NCBI GenBank assembly: GCA_000091165.1
Contig: FP565575.1
Span: forward strand, 2,520,001-2,552,000
Source of the DNA: Candidatus Methylomirabilis oxygeniifera
GTDB taxonomy: Bacteria > Methylomirabilota > Methylomirabilia > Methylomirabilales > Methylomirabilaceae
Reading direction: 5' to 3'
DNA: 32,000 bases
Below are positions 29,360-32,000 of the stretch, piece by piece; positions within the stretch are counted from its first letter, which is position 1, and every line of letters starts with the position of its first letter. A model generated the notes under the pieces. That model worked only from the letters and a program-made list of their open reading frames with translations. It was not told the DNA's origin and ran no database searches. Made by a program: the position numbers and the translations under genes.

Positions 29360-29470
29360 CCCCGCAATTCGCCACTTTGTTCCTGTTGCCGACTGTGGTA
29401 CCCTTCTGGAGAAGTTTAGCAGGGACATTCCATGAGCGTTGCCGCGCCGCGGCACACGAAAATGCTATCT

Positions 29471-29567
29471 GAGAAGCTGTCAGCCTTCAGCGATCAGCGT
29501 CAGCTCTTCCGGTGCGTTGCCTGTTGTTTTTGAAGCTGAAGGCTGATCGCTGAAGGCTATTTTCTGA
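29471..29567. repeat. TCAGC heptamer-type inverted repeat
   Basis: GAAGCTGTCAGCCTTCAGCGATCAGCGTCAGC ... GAAGCTGAAGGCTGATCGCTGAAGGC. Confidence 0.75.
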
Positions 29568-29600
29568 GTAACACCCCATGCGGCCGCACGGCGGCGGGCG

Positions 29601-29650
29601 AAAACCCCCTTGATCCCCCTTTACGAAAGGGTAGTCAGGGGTTTTTTGGG
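29601..29650. repeat. Palindromic terminator-like element
   Basis: AAAACCCCCTTGATCCCCCTTTacgAAAGGGTAGTCAGGGGTTTTTTGGG. Confidence 0.6.
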
Positions 29651-29651
29651 T

Positions 29652-29684
29652 GTTGTCGGGTTACGCCGCGCTAACCCGACCTAC
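29652..29684 (-). repeat. 33-bp REP-like palindrome, copy B
   Basis: GTTGTCGGGTTACGCCGCGCTAACCCGACCTAC; reverse complement differs from copy A (5682-5714) at one position. Confidence 0.8.
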
Positions 29685-29737
29685 GGCTGACGGCTGAGCG
29701 CTGATTGCCGACGGCTATCTTCCGAGGAAAGGCAGCG

Positions 29738-30496
29738 ATGCGGATCATCGCCATTGCGAACCAAAAGGGCGGAGTCGGCAAAACGACGACAGCGGTGAAC
29801 CTGGCCGCTTCGCTCGCGGCGGCGGAGCACCGGACGCTCCTGCTCGATCTCGATCCCCAGGGCAATGCCACCAGTGCGTTGGGAGTAGAGCGCGAGGCCG
29901 CACCGGCCGCTTATGATCTACTCATGGGCGGGGCGAAGATCGCTGATGTGGCGCGGCCGACCGTCGCCCCCGGACTGGACCTGGTCCCGGCTGGAGATCG
30001 CCTTATCGGGGCGGAGGTAGAGTTGGCGCTCAGCCCGCATCGAGAGGCTCGCTTGAAGGAGGCGATGGGGACAGGAACAGATGCCTACGCCTTCGTCTTG
30101 ATCGACTGCCCGCCTTCCCTTGGTCTGCTGACCGTCAATGCCCTGGCGGCAGCCCACTCTGTTCTGATCCCGCTTCAATGCGAGTACTATGCCCTGGAAG
30201 GCCTGGCCAGGATCATGGAGGCTATTACCCTTTGTCGGGGGAAGCTGAACCCGGACCTTCAGGTCGAGGGAATCGTCCTAACCATGTACGACATGAGGCT
30301 GAATATTTGCGAACAGGTAGAACAGGAAGTGCGGCGCCACTTCCCGCGAGGTGTCCTCAGAACGGTGATCCCCAGAAATGTGCGACTGAGTGAAGCGCCA
30401 AGCTTCGGGAAGCCGGTTCTGCTGTATGACGGCCGCTCGTCAGGAGCCGAGAGCTATCTTCGCTTAGCCAAGGAGATCATCGATGGCGCAACGTAG
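29738..30496 (+). CDS. parA: Chromosome partitioning protein ParA/Soj
   Basis: MRIIAIANQKGGVGKTTTAVNLAASLA...LLLDLDPQGNATSALG; start at 29738 rather than 29705. Confidence 0.95.
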   Translation: MRIIAIANQKGGVGKTTTAVNLAASLAAAEHRTLLLDLDPQGNATSALGVEREAAPAAYDLLMGGAKIADVARPTVAPGLDLVPAGDRLIGAEVELALSPHREARLKEAMGTGTDAYAFVLIDCPPSLGLLTVNALAAAHSVLIPLQCEYYALEGLARIMEAITLCRGKLNPDLQVEGIVLTMYDMRLNICEQVEQEVRRHFPRGVLRTVIPRNVRLSEAPSFGKPVLLYDGRSSGAESYLRLAKEIIDGAT

Positions 30497-31325
30497 AGCC
30501 CTCGGGAGAGGGCTGGAGACACTGATCCCCGCGGGCGATCCCTCCGGGGTGCTACAGATTCGGGTGGAAGAGATCGCGCTAGGCTCATCTCAGCCTCGCC
30601 GTTCCATGAACGACTCCAAGCTTAACGAGTTGGCGTCTTCCATCAAGGCGCATGGGGTGCTGTTGCCTATCCTGCTTCGCCGGGAGGGCGGTCGGCTGGA
30701 GGTGGTAGCCGGGGAGCGACGCCTCAGAGCTGCGCGAATGGCGGGGCTTGACACAGTTCCAGCCTTGGTCAAAGAGCTCTCCAGCAGCCAGGCGCTGGAA
30801 GTGGCGTTAATAGAGAACCTGCAGCGGGAGGACCTGAATCCGATCGAGCAAGCCGAGGCGTACTTGAGGCTGCAGGACGAGTTTGGGTTGACTCAGGAAG
30901 AGGTGGCTCGTCGGGTCGGTCGCGATCGTTCCTCCGTCGCGAACGCGCTGCGGCTGCTCAAGCTGCCAAAGCCGATCCAGGCCGACTTGGTGGAGGGCGT
31001 CCTATCTGAAGGGCATGCCCGCGCCCTACTGGGGCTGGACCGGACAGTCGACCAGATCAAGGTGCGCGACGAGGCGATTCGTCGGGGTCTGTCCGTGCGC
31101 ACCACCGAAGTATTGGTCCGACGGCTGAAACAGACCGATAGCGCTCCTCAACGACGTCAAACAGCGAGCGAGCCGGCGATTCTGGCTGCCGAAGACGCCC
31201 TTCGGCAGGCGCTCGGAACTAAGGTTCAAATTTGTAGAAAGGGCAAAGGGGGAACGATCGAGGTGGAGTTCTACTCGACGGGGGACCTCGACAGGATCTA
31301 CGAGCGGATATGCAGGCACGATTGA
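30483..31325 (+). CDS. parB: Chromosome partitioning protein ParB/Spo0J
   Basis: RRALGRGLETLIP...QPRRSMNDSKLNELASSIKAHGVLLPILLRR...VVAGERRLRAARMAGL...LIENLQREDLNPIEQAEAY. Confidence 0.96.
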   Translation: MAQRRALGRGLETLIPAGDPSGVLQIRVEEIALGSSQPRRSMNDSKLNELASSIKAHGVLLPILLRREGGRLEVVAGERRLRAARMAGLDTVPALVKELSSSQALEVALIENLQREDLNPIEQAEAYLRLQDEFGLTQEEVARRVGRDRSSVANALRLLKLPKPIQADLVEGVLSEGHARALLGLDRTVDQIKVRDEAIRRGLSVRTTEVLVRRLKQTDSAPQRRQTASEPAILAAEDALRQALGTKVQICRKGKGGTIEVEFYSTGDLDRIYERICRHD

Positions 31326-31333
31326 ATGGTGGG

Positions 31334-31349
31334 TGTTGCACGTGAAACA
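31334..31349. promoter_or_regulatory. parS: parS-like site 2
   Basis: TGTTGCACGTGAAACA, full match to TGTTNCACGTGAAACA; 8 nt after the parB stop. Confidence 0.88.
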
Positions 31350-31363
31350 CTACAGAGGCGGGT

Positions 31364-32000
31364 TTGCTTAACCGAGCGGCGCAGGCGCTGGCCTTCCCCT
31401 TGGAAGATCGCAGGTGGCTGTCAAAGATCGCGATTGGCGGCAGCGTTGGACTCATCCTCGAAGCCCTCTTTGTGGCTGTTGGCTTTCTGCTCACACGAGA
31501 ATTCGCCCTTGCGGGATCTCTGCTGGCGCCGGCGGTCAACTTTCCCGTGCTGGGGTTTGCGCTGGCGACCTTTCAGGGCGCCCTGGCAGTCCCGCAGGCC
31601 GACTCACTGCCGCCGTGGAGCCGATGGTCGACCTTGTGTGCGAAGGGGTTGCTGCTGTTTATGCTCGCCCTGGCTTACGAGATCGTTCCGTTTCTCTTTG
31701 TGATTTCCGGCTTTGGCCTGTTGGTACGAGGGGGTGTAGCGCTGAACCTTGGCCTCGTCCTAATGCTGCTAGGAACGCTCACTGGAATCACTGCCGGTTT
31801 CTTTTTGCCGATGGGTGTTGCGTATTACCTGAAGGAACAGCGGCTTGAGGCCGTACTGCACCCGGCGGTGGTCTGGTTGCGGATCCGCAAGGTCCTGACC
31901 GAGTACGTAGAGGCCTACCTACTCTGTCTTGGGTCGTTCATTGTTGCAGGCCTGATCGGGGCCATCCCGATTCTGGGTCTCCTGGTGTGGCCGTTTCTGA
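31364..32000 (+). CDS. Polytopic membrane protein (DUF4013-like), truncated at window end; probable TTG start
   Basis: Open frame missed by the ORF track: LLNRAAQALAFPLEDRRWLSKIAIGGSVGLILEALFVAVGFLLTREFALAGSLLAPAVNFPVLGFALATF...FFLPMGVAYYLKEQRLEAVLHPAVVWLRIRKVLTEYVEAYLLCLGSFIVAGLIGAIPILGLLVWPF, no stop to the window end. Confidence 0.65.
   Translation, partial: MLNRAAQALAFPLEDRRWLSKIAIGGSVGLILEALFVAVGFLLTREFALAGSLLAPAVNFPVLGFALATFQGALAVPQADSLPPWSRWSTLCAKGLLLFMLALAYEIVPFLFVISGFGLLVRGGVALNLGLVLMLLGTLTGITAGFFLPMGVAYYLKEQRLEAVLHPAVVWLRIRKVLTEYVEAYLLCLGSFIVAGLIGAIPILGLLVWPFL

Overview
This 32 kb window looks like the replication-origin-proximal region of a GC-rich bacterial chromosome. GyrB has the long Gram-negative-type insert and squalene synthase and HldD-like genes are present; an NC10/Methylomirabilota-like host is only my guess. 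Everything left of about 25.66 kb is on the minus strand: squalene/phytoene synthase, DUF190-crcB, a methionine-salvage cluster (mtnW-mtnX-mtnB-mtnD), a BrnT/BrnA toxin-antitoxin pair, aldo/keto reductase, a CYTH protein, a hybrid histidine kinase, pckG, tRNA-Asn, recR-ebfC-dnaX, SRP RNA, an hldD-like epimerase, four tRNA-Ser genes, serS, gyrA, gyrB and dnaN. Everything right of about 26.12 kb is on the plus strand: rpmH, rnpA, yidD, yidC, rsmG, parA, parB and a polytopic membrane protein. The strand switch lies in a roughly 450 bp spacer with DnaA-box-like motifs but no dnaA, and parS-like sites lie on both sides of parAB. The most interesting items are: (1) a probable LARGE (Bacillus-type, Alu-domain-containing) SRP RNA next to dnaX; (2) a set of four different tRNA-Ser genes behind serS whose spacers are packed with repeats; (3) two families of 7-nt-periodic, hairpin-forming intergenic repeats, one of which supplies the serS stop codon and another copy of which starts about 9 nt from the dnaX start; (4) two 33-bp REP-like palindromes in opposite orientation; and (5) a candidate oriC lacking dnaA. 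I found no convincing novel defence or biosynthetic system; most of the content is housekeeping. No database or folding computation was run.
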